A DNA stretch of 64,000 bases from Nibricoccus sp. (GTDB taxonomy: Bacteria; Verrucomicrobiota; Verrucomicrobiia; Opitutales; Opitutaceae): NCBI GenBank assembly GCA_047602425.1, contig JASGHG010000001.1:4320001-4384000 (forward strand), written 5' to 3'. Of the stretch, positions 29,773 to 39,321 are shown piece after piece. Under the pieces are notes generated by a model that saw only the letters and a program-made list of their open reading frames with translations, ran no database searches and had not been told where the DNA came from. A program made the translations under genes and the position numbers. Each line of letters opens with the position of its first letter. Within the stretch, counting starts at the first letter, position 1.

Positions 29773-29848
29773 GGGCTCGTAGCTCAGTTGGAAGAGCGCC
29801 TCAATGGCATTGAGGAGGTCGTCAGTTCGAACCTGATCGGGTCCACCA
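29773..29848 (+). tRNA. tRNA-Ala (GGC)
   Basis: GGGCTCGTAGCTCAGTTGGAAGAGCGCCTCA-ATGGCAT-TGAGG...GTTCGAACCTGATCGGGTCCACCA; G3:U70 pair. Confidence 0.96.
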
Positions 29849-30011
29849 ACGCACGGCGGAAGAGGGCATTGAAGGGAGCGGCGCTTTTGTTGGCCTAGGC
29901 TAACACCTTATTCTGAGCATGCTTGTGGCCCAATCTGAACCACGCCCTGCGGTGTGCCAGATCTGTCTTTTGCGGGTTTGCGCAGCGGCGGGCTCGGCCT
30001 ATGTTTAAAGC

Positions 30012-31028
30012 GTGCAATCCAACTCCGATCATGTCGCTACCTTGGAAACGATGGTGCCGCCCAATTGCGGAGTCAGCTGCACGTGTACGGGAGAGGAGCG
30101 AGGCGGTTGTGAACTTTTTCGCTGGGTGATGGAATCGCGGAGCGGGTGTCGGGACGGTGTCTCGAGCGCATTATTCGCCTCTTTGCCCGCGCCCAAAACT
30201 GCGGAAGTCTACGGTGTGCGATACGCGGTTTTTGAACGGCCCGACTTTGGCCAATTGCTCGTGACGCGTTATGGCTGGCCATTGCTTCGGGCGCTGATGC
30301 CGGACCGGTGGTATGCGGAAGGAAAATTTTGGCGGAACGGCGAGCGCATGGGTCAATCAACGGGAACTGTTTACCGTTATGGCGTGAAGGAAGAAAATGG
30401 CGCGACGAACGATTTTGTGATCAAGGTCAGTCGCTACGCGCAGGATGTGCCATTTTATGCGAGCGCGACCTTTCTCGGCCGGTTCCCGGAATCGGTGGTG
30501 GCCTCGCTCCGTTTCAACAATCCCTTTGAAGAATTCGGGCGTCTCAACCGTTTGCGTTCTAGCAAACAGGGTCCGCGGCTGTATACAAAACGCCCACTGG
30601 CGATTTATAGCCCGCCGGAACAGCTTCAGCTTTGGCAACATGGTCGCGGGGAAAGCGCGGCTGAGATGGAAAAACAAGCGGTCGCGGGATTTCAGGAAAC
30701 AGGACGAGTGCGAATCGAACTCGATCCGTTGCGTTCCTATTATTCCCTCTTTGGATGGGTTAAGGGTGTGGATGCAAGCACGCTTTTTCAGGCCGGCCAG
30801 CTGTCTGAGGCGGACATGCTGCAACTGACGGAGGACAGCATTGCGGACTTGATGGCCCACGGAATGATCGTATTGGACCACAAACCTGCACACCTTATCC
30901 TTCGTCCCAAGGCGAACGGAGCCGGTTGCCTGCGCCGACCGGATGGCCGCATTGTTTATGCATTGGTCGATTTCGAATTGTTGGCCGACCTGCCGGCAGC
31001 GGAAAAAAGCAGGGTGGGTAACATATAA
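30012..31028 (+). CDS. Hypothetical protein with a protein-kinase-like fold (start uncertain)
   Basis: GQSTGTVY (Gly loop-like), VIKVSR (Lys), EEF (alphaC Glu), DHKPAH (catalytic-loop-like), LVDFE (DFG-like). Confidence 0.55.
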   Translation: MQSNSDHVATLETMVPPNCGVSCTCTGEERGGCELFRWVMESRSGCRDGVSSALFASLPAPKTAEVYGVRYAVFERPDFGQLLVTRYGWPLLRALMPDRWYAEGKFWRNGERMGQSTGTVYRYGVKEENGATNDFVIKVSRYAQDVPFYASATFLGRFPESVVASLRFNNPFEEFGRLNRLRSSKQGPRLYTKRPLAIYSPPEQLQLWQHGRGESAAEMEKQAVAGFQETGRVRIELDPLRSYYSLFGWVKGVDASTLFQAGQLSEADMLQLTEDSIADLMAHGMIVLDHKPAHLILRPKANGAGCLRRPDGRIVYALVDFELLADLPAAEKSRVGNI

Positions 31029-31120
31029 AAATTCCAAACGCCGTCAGGCGCCATGTTAGCGGCACTGCGGGGAGCCCACGGCGAAACACCGCAAGCTCCC
31101 CAAAGGTTGCCAAACCAATT

Positions 31121-32578
31121 TCAATCGTTTTCGGTCACGAGGAAATTTTTGAACTGCCACGGGTCCTGGGTATCGATGTTGGGTAGGTTGAACCGGTCAA
31201 ACGCCCGATATGAGTCCTTCAACGGCGTCCAATCGGAAGGGGTTGAAATGAATTCTCCGAGATAGGGCTTGGCGACGCGCAGGATGAAGTCGTGTGGCAA
31301 ATCATCCGGCACGCAAAATCCACACTGTGGATTTTCCAGCATCCAGAGGATTCCAGAAACAATTCCAATCGCCACTTGCACCGTGGTGGCGTTTTGGTGC
31401 GGCACGAGGCGGCGGGCTTCCCGGATGCGGAGATGGCTTCCTGTCCACCAAGAGTTGTAAGGATGACCCATGAGGAGTGCGCCCAGGAGATCGGAACCCT
31501 CGGCGATGTCGTCGTTTAGAATCCTGTGATTTGGCGCTAGTCGGTAGTTTTGTCCCCGAAGTTCATGCAGGGATGCGACTGCACTGTCGCAGGGGCAATA
31601 GGCATAGTGAACCGTGGGGCGGTAGACCGCCTTGCCATTTTCCCAAACGGTCAGTTTGTCGGAAATCGTGAAGGCTTCGCCGTGGCGAATGAGCATGCCG
31701 ACGATTGTGTCGTGAGGGACCCACGAGCGAACCCAAGTATTCATACCCATGCGCGAGATACAAATCTGGTTGCAGGGGCCGTCCGCGTGTTGGTGCGCGA
31801 AGGCAGGCAAGGTCCGTTCATGAGTGCCCCAGCCGAGTTCGGCGGTGGTGGTGCCTTCTTCGCGGAAACCTTCGACGCTCCACGTGTTCACGAATTCGTT
31901 GGGGCGTTTTGGGATGTTGGTGACCTGAGTATCGCGCTCGGCGCAGTGGATTACCCGGACGTTTAGCCGCGCCGCGAGTCGATTGAACGAGCGCGAGTTG
32001 ATGAGGTCGATTGTTTCTTCGGCCGCTTGTCCGTCTACCTTGCCGTCCTCGATCATCCGGCGAGCGATATCGAGCAGTCCTTGCCGGGTAAAATGAGAAA
32101 TCAACCCAGGGTTGGCGCCATGCTCGATAACGGCGGTTGGGCCTTTTTCAGTCCAATTCGCCACCATTTGACGAAGCTTCATATGGCGCCAATATAAGGT
32201 TCGCTCCGTGGGATGTTTTGCCCCTGCTCCATCGTAAGGATCCCACAGCTCAACCGACGCATTGGTGTAAAGTACGCCATGTTCATGGCACCACTGAACC
32301 AATGCACAGGTGTCAATATTCCAGGCCAGATCGATCAAGAGGTCGCCTGCGCCCAAGCGATTTTCAAGAATGCGAGCCATGTTTTCAGGAGTGATTCGCT
32401 CCCGTTCGAATCGCACGCCGCTACCGCTCCACGCAGCCAGCTTCGACCTGCGGTCCTCGAAATCCAGGATGGTTATGTTGTTTGCACGGATGGGGACGTG
32501 TTTAAGGATGAGAGGGAGGGCGCATTCGGCGACTGCACCGAAACCGACGACGAGGATCTTGTTGAGAGTATGAATCAT
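31121..32578 (-). CDS. hss: Homospermidine synthase
   Basis: VGFGAV, HGANPGLISHF, IHCAERDTQ, EFVNTWSVEGF, AELGWGTHE, HGEA, YRPTVHYAY, QNATT.QV; ATG at 32578. Confidence 0.92.
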   Translation of the reverse strand: MIHTLNKILVVGFGAVAECALPLILKHVPIRANNITILDFEDRRSKLAAWSGSGVRFERERITPENMARILENRLGAGDLLIDLAWNIDTCALVQWCHEHGVLYTNASVELWDPYDGAGAKHPTERTLYWRHMKLRQMVANWTEKGPTAVIEHGANPGLISHFTRQGLLDIARRMIEDGKVDGQAAEETIDLINSRSFNRLAARLNVRVIHCAERDTQVTNIPKRPNEFVNTWSVEGFREEGTTTAELGWGTHERTLPAFAHQHADGPCNQICISRMGMNTWVRSWVPHDTIVGMLIRHGEAFTISDKLTVWENGKAVYRPTVHYAYCPCDSAVASLHELRGQNYRLAPNHRILNDDIAEGSDLLGALLMGHPYNSWWTGSHLRIREARRLVPHQNATTVQVAIGIVSGILWMLENPQCGFCVPDDLPHDFILRVAKPYLGEFISTPSDWTPLKDSYRAFDRFNLPNIDTQDPWQFKNFLVTEND

Positions 32579-32960
32579 GATAGCATTAGATTGTAACAAT
32601 GTTGGATATAATGGTTGGTTTGCGTCATGAAGACGGCTTTGCCGTTCACGCGCAGCGGATAGCGTGGAAACGATTGCGCAATTGTCCGACTCGCTTGAGC
32701 GGTGGAACGGCGCGTTTACAGGCCATGCAGACACGAAAGTGTCTGGGCCGGCCCAAAAGGAACCTGTCTCAACCAGTTATCCTGGGGAATCGTGAATCCC
32801 GGCAATGCCCTGGAAGCCGATTTCCAGCAGGAGATAGGTTGTCTGATGGCGGATACAGAGATTGGTTAGCATTGCGACATTTATAAACCAAACGAGACGC
32901 CCAAACTCATCTGCCCACGCCTGCGAGAGTTAATTTTCATGGTTTGTTTGTTTTTAAATG

Positions 32961-33506
32961 TTAGGCAAGGGAGGGACGTTCGCTCGCGAGTGCGATCGGT
33001 GCGTGACGTTTGAGCACCTTCTGGAAGAAGAGATTATTCGGAATTCGGAGGGTTCCTCCGTCCGCGGTGCGCAGCGTCGTATAAACCAGATTCAGGTCGA
33101 CAACCTTGCCGAGCACGGGATCGTCGCCCACGATCTCGATCTGGTCATCGAGTTCGAAGGGACGAAACACTACGATCAAAAGCGAGGCGAGCATGTGGCT
33201 CAGAATGCTCCACATCGCCACGAAGCCGATGGCGACGAGGCTCAAGACAGCGCCCAGCAACGACCACACTCCCTGGAGATCGATGCCCATCGCGAAGAGG
33301 ACTCCGGCCACTGCGATTCCAATAATCGTCCAGCGCACTGCGCCGACCGCAATCCGCGTCCGGACGGGAGTCATCAGGCGCGGTCGAGGCCGGACACGGC
33401 GTCTGCTAGCGAGCAGATAAACAATCATGGCGACCGCAACCAACAGAGTCGCTGGTCCGAGGTGGAAACGCTGAAGGTACGAAGTGAAGGAGGTGAGTGC
33501 CTGCAT
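32961..33506 (-). CDS. Small mechanosensitive channel (MscS family), short form
   Basis: Three TMs; RPF...DQIEI, G.V.DL.L.YT.LRT.DG..L.IPNN. Confidence 0.85.
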   Translation of the reverse strand: MQALTSFTSYLQRFHLGPATLLVAVAMIVYLLASRRRVRPRPRLMTPVRTRIAVGAVRWTIIGIAVAGVLFAMGIDLQGVWSLLGAVLSLVAIGFVAMWSILSHMLASLLIVVFRPFELDDQIEIVGDDPVLGKVVDLNLVYTTLRTADGGTLRIPNNLFFQKVLKRHAPIALASERPSLA

Positions 33507-33587
33507 GATGTTTTTGGGCGGCTGCGACCGCGTTGTCGATAGCGATAGTTTTTGTTGAGATTCCCCTCGACGGGAATGGGCCTGCGT

Positions 33588-34019
33588 TTAACGCAACGAG
33601 GTAAACGCCAGGGGCGCCGGCAGGGCATTGTCGGGAGTCGGAGGCGCTACCCGGCGAATCTTCAATTCGCGGATGCCGCCGGGAGTGGCCCATCTTACGA
33701 TGTCACCTTCCCGGCAACCAATGAGCGCGGTGCCGATGGGCGAGAGAATGGAAAGGCGCTTCTCGTCCACGTTGGCCCTATCGGGGAACGTGATGACGTA
33801 GTCCTCGACCTCGCTGGTGGCGAGATCTTCGAATTCAACGCGGGATTCCATTGTCACGACGCCTGCTGGAGCTCCTTCGGCGTCGATGATGAAAGCCCGG
33901 TCGAGTTCGTTTCTGAGATTTTTCAGCGCGCCGTTTGCATTCGAATAAAGTGCCGCGGCAAGCAGGAGGCGGAGTTTGGAATTATCTTCGCGAGTGATAT
34001 AGATAGGAGTGTGATTCAT
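33588..34019 (-). CDS. GreA/GreB family, Rnk-like regulator
   Basis: L..ELDRA.I, VVTM.SRV, LSILSPIGTALIG.REGD...W.TP.G; ATG at 34019. Confidence 0.85.
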   Translation of the reverse strand: MNHTPIYITREDNSKLRLLLAAALYSNANGALKNLRNELDRAFIIDAEGAPAGVVTMESRVEFEDLATSEVEDYVITFPDRANVDEKRLSILSPIGTALIGCREGDIVRWATPGGIRELKIRRVAPPTPDNALPAPLAFTSLR

Positions 34020-34093
34020 GATATTTTTTGTGGTTGTGCAGTCGCATTCCGGGCCGGAATGGCCAGGCTTGCGGACTGGGAGGTTGCGGTTGG

Positions 34094-34819
34094 TTAGTTG
34101 GCCAGAACCGAGACCGTGGGGGCATCGGTGACTGCGATGGGGATGCGCGCGGTCGCCGGAAATTTTTTCGACGTATCCCATTTGTCGACGGTGATGAGTT
34201 CGGAGCTCAGGTCATCCGTCTTTAGGAGAATGTGGTTGGGAAAAAGCGCGTCCGGTGTGCGTCCTGGATTGAGATAGAGTGTTGGCTCCGTCTGTTCGCA
34301 CCAGTGAATTGGATCGTGCACATGTCCAGAAAAGACGACGCGCGGAGCGTAGCGCCGAGCGGGACCGAGCAGATCTGGATCGCCGGCGTCGCGGCCGCTC
34401 GCGCGAGTTGCCACCAAAGTTTTGGCGGGAGGAGCATGGACGACCCAGAGGTCCGCTTTGCCTCCTTTCGGGCGCGTGGTGCAGCCGATATTGAGCAAGG
34501 AAATGCCATCGAGCGCGACGCGCTGCCCGTCGGTCCACACCTTCGGACTTGCGAGAGAACGAAGCCAGTAGGCGGGCGTCCACCGCTCGGCTTTCGCGTC
34601 CCACTCGAGATCATGATTGCCGCTGCACAGGCACATCGGGTGCGGATATTCGTTGATCCAAGTGGAGACCCAATCGATCTGCTTCTGCTGCGAAGTGGCG
34701 TCAGACAGGTTGAGCAGGTCGCCCGACATCACGAGAAGATCGTGGGGTGGGGCATTGTTGGGCAGCCAGTCGAACCAGCGTTTATTGAAATGAAAATCGG
34801 TAACGTGGAGAATAATCAT
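34094..34819 (-). CDS. Calcineurin-like metallophosphoesterase
   Basis: DFH, GD, GNHD, H.PP, GHVH, NPG; ATG at 34819. Confidence 0.88.
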   Translation of the reverse strand: MIILHVTDFHFNKRWFDWLPNNAPPHDLLVMSGDLLNLSDATSQQKQIDWVSTWINEYPHPMCLCSGNHDLEWDAKAERWTPAYWLRSLASPKVWTDGQRVALDGISLLNIGCTTRPKGGKADLWVVHAPPAKTLVATRASGRDAGDPDLLGPARRYAPRVVFSGHVHDPIHWCEQTEPTLYLNPGRTPDALFPNHILLKTDDLSSELITVDKWDTSKKFPATARIPIAVTDAPTVSVLAN

Positions 34820-35287
34820 GGTGGAATCCAGTTTGAGGCCGCGCCGAAAGTCGTGCGGTGACGACTGCGGGCGGGAGTTGTTTTGGAACAACCACGCGAT
34901 TGTGCGGATTGTGTTTGTTATACGCGGGACCGCCGGAATCCGGACGCGCCGCGGCGCGTTAACTTATCGTATTTGCCCGGTGGCCGCGCCCTTGGTCGGT
35001 TTTCGCGGAAAAATTCGCGCCGACCTCAGCTCGCGGTCCCGGGTCGAGCCGGGAAGATACGCAAGGCCAAGCCTCCCGCCATTTGCGGGCGGGCGCAGAA
35101 AATATATTTCTGATGCGTGTTCGGGTTCAAGATAACGCCACCCTGCGGCGGAAATATATATTGTCAAGCGACGAAGCCGTTCTTTTTTCGCATTCGTGCC
35201 TGCGTAGTGGAATAACGAATACGCCGGACTTTCGTGCTTCGCCAGATCAACGCATCCCGAGCCGCCAACGAAGCGCGCCGAACGCAA

Positions 35288-35743
35288 TCAGCTCCGTTTG
35301 CGAGGGACTTTGGAAAGCGCCCTGGAGTCGGGGATGGAGGCGATGATGCGTTGTAATTCCGGGCGGATCTGCCGCAGCTCGCGGAGGTGGATGTCTGAAA
35401 GGCGTTTGATCATGGCCTCGCCTTTAGGCGTTAGCTCTAGTTCGACCCGGCGGCGGTCGGAAGGCGCCTCGATGCGGCGCACGAATTTTTTTTGAACCAG
35501 GCGATCGACCAGACCCACCGTGCTATGATGCTTGAGAAATAAATGCTCCGCGAGGTCGCCGATGGAGGCATTGCCGGGACCGCGAAATCCCTTGATTGAG
35601 AGCAAGGCTTGGTGTTGCTGCGGCGTCAGGCCCGCGTTCCGGGCGGCGTTCTGACTAAACGCGAGAAACCGACGAAGCGCGTAGCGCAGTGACGCGAGCA
35701 CCTGATAATGTGTTTTGGCTGCGGGAGAGGGAGTCGTGGGCAT
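35288..35743 (-). CDS. MarR family transcriptional regulator
   Basis: GLTPQQHQALL.I, IGDLAE.L...HHSTVGLVDRL, DRRRV.L.LT.KG. Confidence 0.92.
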   Translation of the reverse strand: MPTTPSPAAKTHYQVLASLRYALRRFLAFSQNAARNAGLTPQQHQALLSIKGFRGPGNASIGDLAEHLFLKHHSTVGLVDRLVQKKFVRRIEAPSDRRRVELELTPKGEAMIKRLSDIHLRELRQIRPELQRIIASIPDSRALSKVPRKRS

Positions 35744-35794
35744 GACAGTGAACGTGCGATCAAACCCGCCCGGGCAAAATAGACAATCCCTTGA

Positions 35795-36607
35795 TCAACC
35801 GTCCACCTGTCGTCGCGCACCGAGCCAGGCCAGAACCGAGGACACCGAAGCCCAAAGCGCAAATATAATGGTCAACCAGAGCGTGCTATGAGCGATCCAC
35901 CACTGGGTCAGCGATCCCGCATCGAGTCCACTGAACGCAGCGCGCTCCACGGAGAATACCACAGTGATGCGAAAGGCGTCGAGGGGGTTGGCCATGAGCG
36001 CCGCGACCCAGAGATCGGGATGTTCCTGCGTGGCTGAACCACCCGCCACCGCGATCAACAGCAAGTCAGTGCCGAACAAAAAAACAAACCAAACAGCGAC
36101 CGCGACGATGAGGCCGCGCACTTGATCGCGGATCCAAAGTCCGATGGCGAGGCCGGCCAGACTGCACACGGCACTTACGCCGGCGGCCCCAAAGGCGGCC
36201 ACAAGTAATTCCGACGAACCGCCGCTAAGGAACACCGTCGGAAGCGCCAGCAAACCGGCGGCGGCTACGACAATCGTGACGAGGGCAACGGCTTTGCCAG
36301 TCAGCCAGGGACCGATGCCCGAAGGCAAGCCGACCAGCCACGTAAATTCCTCGGCTTCGGCCTGGGCCGAACTAAGTCCAAGTAACAAGGTCGAGAGGGA
36401 AACTGCATAGAGCACGGCGTGAAGCAGCCACCAGGAGGCGCCCCGTGCAAGAGAGTCGCCGGGCGTCAAAAGAGGGAGAAAACCGGCGACGAGGACGAGC
36501 AGAACATGCGCGTGGAGAAAACGGTTGAGACGATGGCTCAGGAATTCGCGGCGGGCGGCCGCGCGAGCGACGGTGTGGCTGGCAGGAAGCGAGCGTACGG
36601 CGTACAT
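35795..36607 (-). CDS. nosY: NosY-like ABC permease
   Basis: Multi-TM; AR(R)EF, DLLLI, NPLDAFR; follows nosF. Confidence 0.75.
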   Translation of the reverse strand: MYAVRSLPASHTVARAAARREFLSHRLNRFLHAHVLLVLVAGFLPLLTPGDSLARGASWWLLHAVLYAVSLSTLLLGLSSAQAEAEEFTWLVGLPSGIGPWLTGKAVALVTIVVAAAGLLALPTVFLSGGSSELLVAAFGAAGVSAVCSLAGLAIGLWIRDQVRGLIVAVAVWFVFLFGTDLLLIAVAGGSATQEHPDLWVAALMANPLDAFRITVVFSVERAAFSGLDAGSLTQWWIAHSTLWLTIIFALWASVSSVLAWLGARRQVDG

Positions 36608-36615
36608 GGCATTGG

Positions 36616-37329
36616 CTAGTCGCAGGCGATCAATTTGGCGGAAGGCGGTTGTTCGGCAGCAGATGAATCGAAAAATGCATCGCGCAAACGGTTCGGCTGG
36701 ATCTCACGAGTGCAGCGGCCGTTTTCGACCAAAAGGCAACGATGGGCTTTGCCCTCCCATTCTCCGAGGAGATGAGTAGCGACCAAAACTGTCCGGCCTC
36801 GCGCTGCTTCGCTGGAAAGGAATTGTTGAAGCCGCATTCTCCACTCCGGATCGAGGCTCAAGCCGGGCTCGTCGAGCAAAAGAACAGGAGCCTCGGCCAG
36901 GACGAAGACCGCCAGGGCGAGTCGCTGCCTCAGACCTCCGGAAAGTTTGCCGGTGGGAACGTGTTTGAACTCGAATAACCCCCAGCTTTCCAGCGCGGCC
37001 AGACTGGCATTTTTATTGTGGTCGCGCAGCTGGCCATAAAAGTTCGCGACCTGCGCCGCCGTCAACCGTGGGTGAAAGCGGGGGGCTTGAGGTAGAAACG
37101 ACAGATGAGCGAGGGCTTCGCTCCTGGCCGTTTTCATGTCGTGTCCGGCAATGGCGATCGTGCCGCCATCGGGTTTGGCAAGACCGGCGAGCAGCCGCAT
37201 GGCGGTGGTCTTGCCCGCGCCATTGTTGCCGACCATCAAAGTGATGGCTCCTGGTTCGGCATCGAAATCGAGACCGGTGAGCACGGCCTTCGAGCCAAAT
37301 GATTTTCGCAGATTACGAGTCAGGATCAT
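36616..37329 (-). CDS. nosF: ABC ATP-binding protein NosF
   Basis: GNNGAGKTT, LPQ, LSGGLRQR, LLDEP, H-loop; ATG at 37329 overlaps the nosD stop. Confidence 0.85.
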   Translation of the reverse strand: MILTRNLRKSFGSKAVLTGLDFDAEPGAITLMVGNNGAGKTTAMRLLAGLAKPDGGTIAIAGHDMKTARSEALAHLSFLPQAPRFHPRLTAAQVANFYGQLRDHNKNASLAALESWGLFEFKHVPTGKLSGGLRQRLALAVFVLAEAPVLLLDEPGLSLDPEWRMRLQQFLSSEAARGRTVLVATHLLGEWEGKAHRCLLVENGRCTREIQPNRLRDAFFDSSAAEQPPSAKLIACD

Positions 37330-38642
37330 GGCTCTTTGGTTGCTTTGACGAGCGGCTTTGGGTCGATTACTCCGGGCAGGGTCGCAAGATTGAGGCGGCT
37401 GTGGATCAGCCGCAGCAGCCTCTCTCCAGGACTGGCGGAAAGGAGACCGATGGCGGGAAAATTGCGGCGCCATTGACCGAAAAGATCGGGTTCGCGATGG
37501 GGTAGGTCGGCGATGCCGTCGCGATTCAAATCGATAGTCAGGGCGTCATCCCAGTGATTGCCGCGCCCGTCGACCGCCCACAGGTTCGCGCCATTGGCGC
37601 CATTTGTCTCAAGCGGATGGATGTTGTTGGTGAAGATGTTTTCGAAAATCTGGCTGTCCGCGGTACTATCGCTCATGCGAAGACCGACATAATTGCCAGC
37701 GATGCGATTGCCGTGGATAACATCGTGATTTCCATTTTCGACGTAGAGACCGACGGTATTCCCTTCGATCGTGTTGTTTTCGATCCGTGTGTCGTCGATT
37801 GCCTGAAGCAGAAGTCCGTACGCGCGATGGCTGCGATTGGAGACGAAAAGATTGGCTCGCAGGAGAAGCTTTTTTGAAAACATCAGCGCGGCGCCAGCGG
37901 CGTTTTCGGAGAAGCGATTTCGCTCAAACACGTTTTCGTCCGAATACATGTAGTGCAGACCGTAACGCACATGCGTGATGAGATTTTCCACAACGTGCGT
38001 TTGCCGGGTGAACGAAAAATAAATTCCGTCGCGCGTGCCCTTGATCGTATTGCGACCGATAAAATGGCCCGAGGAATTCCAGAGGTGAATGCCATTGCCT
38101 CGGGCGTCCTGTGATACGACCACGTCGCAGAATTCTGCGCTGGCCACATCGTTCGTTTTCAGGCCCGAGGAAACCGGATCGGCGATCACCTCGCCCAATG
38201 CGCCATCACCGAGAATGACGTTGTCGACGATTCGGCAATCATTGGCACCGCGCACGTACACACCGTGAAGCATATCAAAAATACGATTATTGCGGATCAC
38301 CGCTCTTGCTCCTGTGATATGGATGGCCGCGACGTCCTCGGACAGGTTGCGCCCCGAACCGCGAACAATAAACCCTGCAATTTCGACATCGGCGGCGCGA
38401 ATGGAGATCACGTTACTTTTCCCGTTGCCGCGCAAAACAGCCCCTTGTGCACCGAGTAAATGGACTGATTTGGCGATAACAAAAGGTCCGTCATAATCAC
38501 CCGCGGCGACGTTGAGGGTGGCGCCGGGCGCGGCAGTTTCGATCTCACGGCGCAGGCGATCACCGGCGGTTTCGGCGGCGGCGAAAGCCCGGACAAGGAA
38601 AAGGCAGTGCACCAGCCACAACCATTGGCGAAAGGCCTTCAC
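37326..38642 (-). CDS. nosD: Nitrous oxide reductase maturation protein NosD
   Basis: Beta-helix; RGNGIHLW, RDGIY, RYGLHYMYS, GAALMFS, GRGNHW, DLNRDGIADLPH; GTG start at 38642. Confidence 0.92.
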   Translation of the reverse strand: MKAFRQWLWLVHCLFLVRAFAAAETAGDRLRREIETAAPGATLNVAAGDYDGPFVIAKSVHLLGAQGAVLRGNGKSNVISIRAADVEIAGFIVRGSGRNLSEDVAAIHITGARAVIRNNRIFDMLHGVYVRGANDCRIVDNVILGDGALGEVIADPVSSGLKTNDVASAEFCDVVVSQDARGNGIHLWNSSGHFIGRNTIKGTRDGIYFSFTRQTHVVENLITHVRYGLHYMYSDENVFERNRFSENAAGAALMFSKKLLLRANLFVSNRSHRAYGLLLQAIDDTRIENNTIEGNTVGLYVENGNHDVIHGNRIAGNYVGLRMSDSTADSQIFENIFTNNIHPLETNGANGANLWAVDGRGNHWDDALTIDLNRDGIADLPHREPDLFGQWRRNFPAIGLLSASPGERLLRLIHSRLNLATLPGVIDPKPLVKATKEP

Positions 38643-39256
38643 GGTTCCTCCTTCCGCGAGCACCAGATTGCGACAATCACAAGCAGGAGAAACACGGCGA
38701 GTAAAAGGCCGCCTAAAAGAGGGGTGCTGGACTGCACGAAGTTCGCGATCTGTTGTTTGCCGATAAGGATTGGCGTGAAGGGCTTGATCGTCATCGGCGC
38801 GTGCGGATCGAGCGTGTGGCCGTAGGTATGCAGGCGATAGTAGAAATTCCCGATCGAGAAGATGCTGAAATACAGAAAGAGCGTGCCGAGGTCGATGAGG
38901 CTGATCATTCGGCCAATGGCGGCGGCGCGCAAAGCGAGCAGGCCGAAAATACCGAATGCGAACGGCAACCATTTCATCTCGACAAAGTCGGCCTCGGCCA
39001 GAGGTCGCATGCCGATGTAGTGGTTGAGCATGTTGATCTCGTGCAGATCCTGACCGCCGTTGCCTCCAACCAACTGGTAGGCGTAGATGCGAAGGGTGAG
39101 CCCTTCCTGGTATTGGGGGGCAACGAGTCGGATCTGCCAGAGCGGCAGGAACGCGGCCGAAATAATGGTCGCCGCCGCCAACAACATCAGGGCGCGTGAA
39201 GTCAGGTTGAGCGAACGGCGGAGAAAAAGATTCTCGCGTAGAAAAAACTCCTTCAT
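38639..39256 (-). CDS. nosB: NosB-like membrane protein of clade II nos clusters
   Basis: PLW.I.L.APQY.EGL, INMLNHYIGM, YGH.LDP.AP, PF.P.L.G.QQIANF. Confidence 0.82.
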   Translation of the reverse strand: MKEFFLRENLFLRRSLNLTSRALMLLAAATIISAAFLPLWQIRLVAPQYQEGLTLRIYAYQLVGGNGGQDLHEINMLNHYIGMRPLAEADFVEMKWLPFAFGIFGLLALRAAAIGRMISLIDLGTLFLYFSIFSIGNFYYRLHTYGHTLDPHAPMTIKPFTPILIGKQQIANFVQSSTPLLGGLLLAVFLLLVIVAIWCSRKEEP

Positions 39257-39270
39257 GGCGGCTTCGCATT

Positions 39271-39303
39271 AAAACGCCGCGGGCAAAAACGCCCGCCCGC
39301 GGC
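39271..39303 (-). terminator. Stem-loop plus U-tract between nosZ and nosB (attenuator or mRNA-stabilising element)
   Basis: Minus strand GCCGCGGGC-N10-GCCCGCGGC-GTTTT. Confidence 0.55.
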
Positions 39304-39321
39304 TGGTGATAGTGGATGGTT

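Noticed and set aside
32770..32945. Tiny minus-strand ORFs upstream of hss (MKINSRRRG..., MLTNLCIRHQTTY...)
   Set aside because: Too short to support; the resemblance to a transglutaminase N-terminus is only a few residues.
38643..39269. 647-aa NosD call with a long N-terminus
   Set aside because: The extension overlaps nosB in another frame; the signal peptide begins at GTG 38642.
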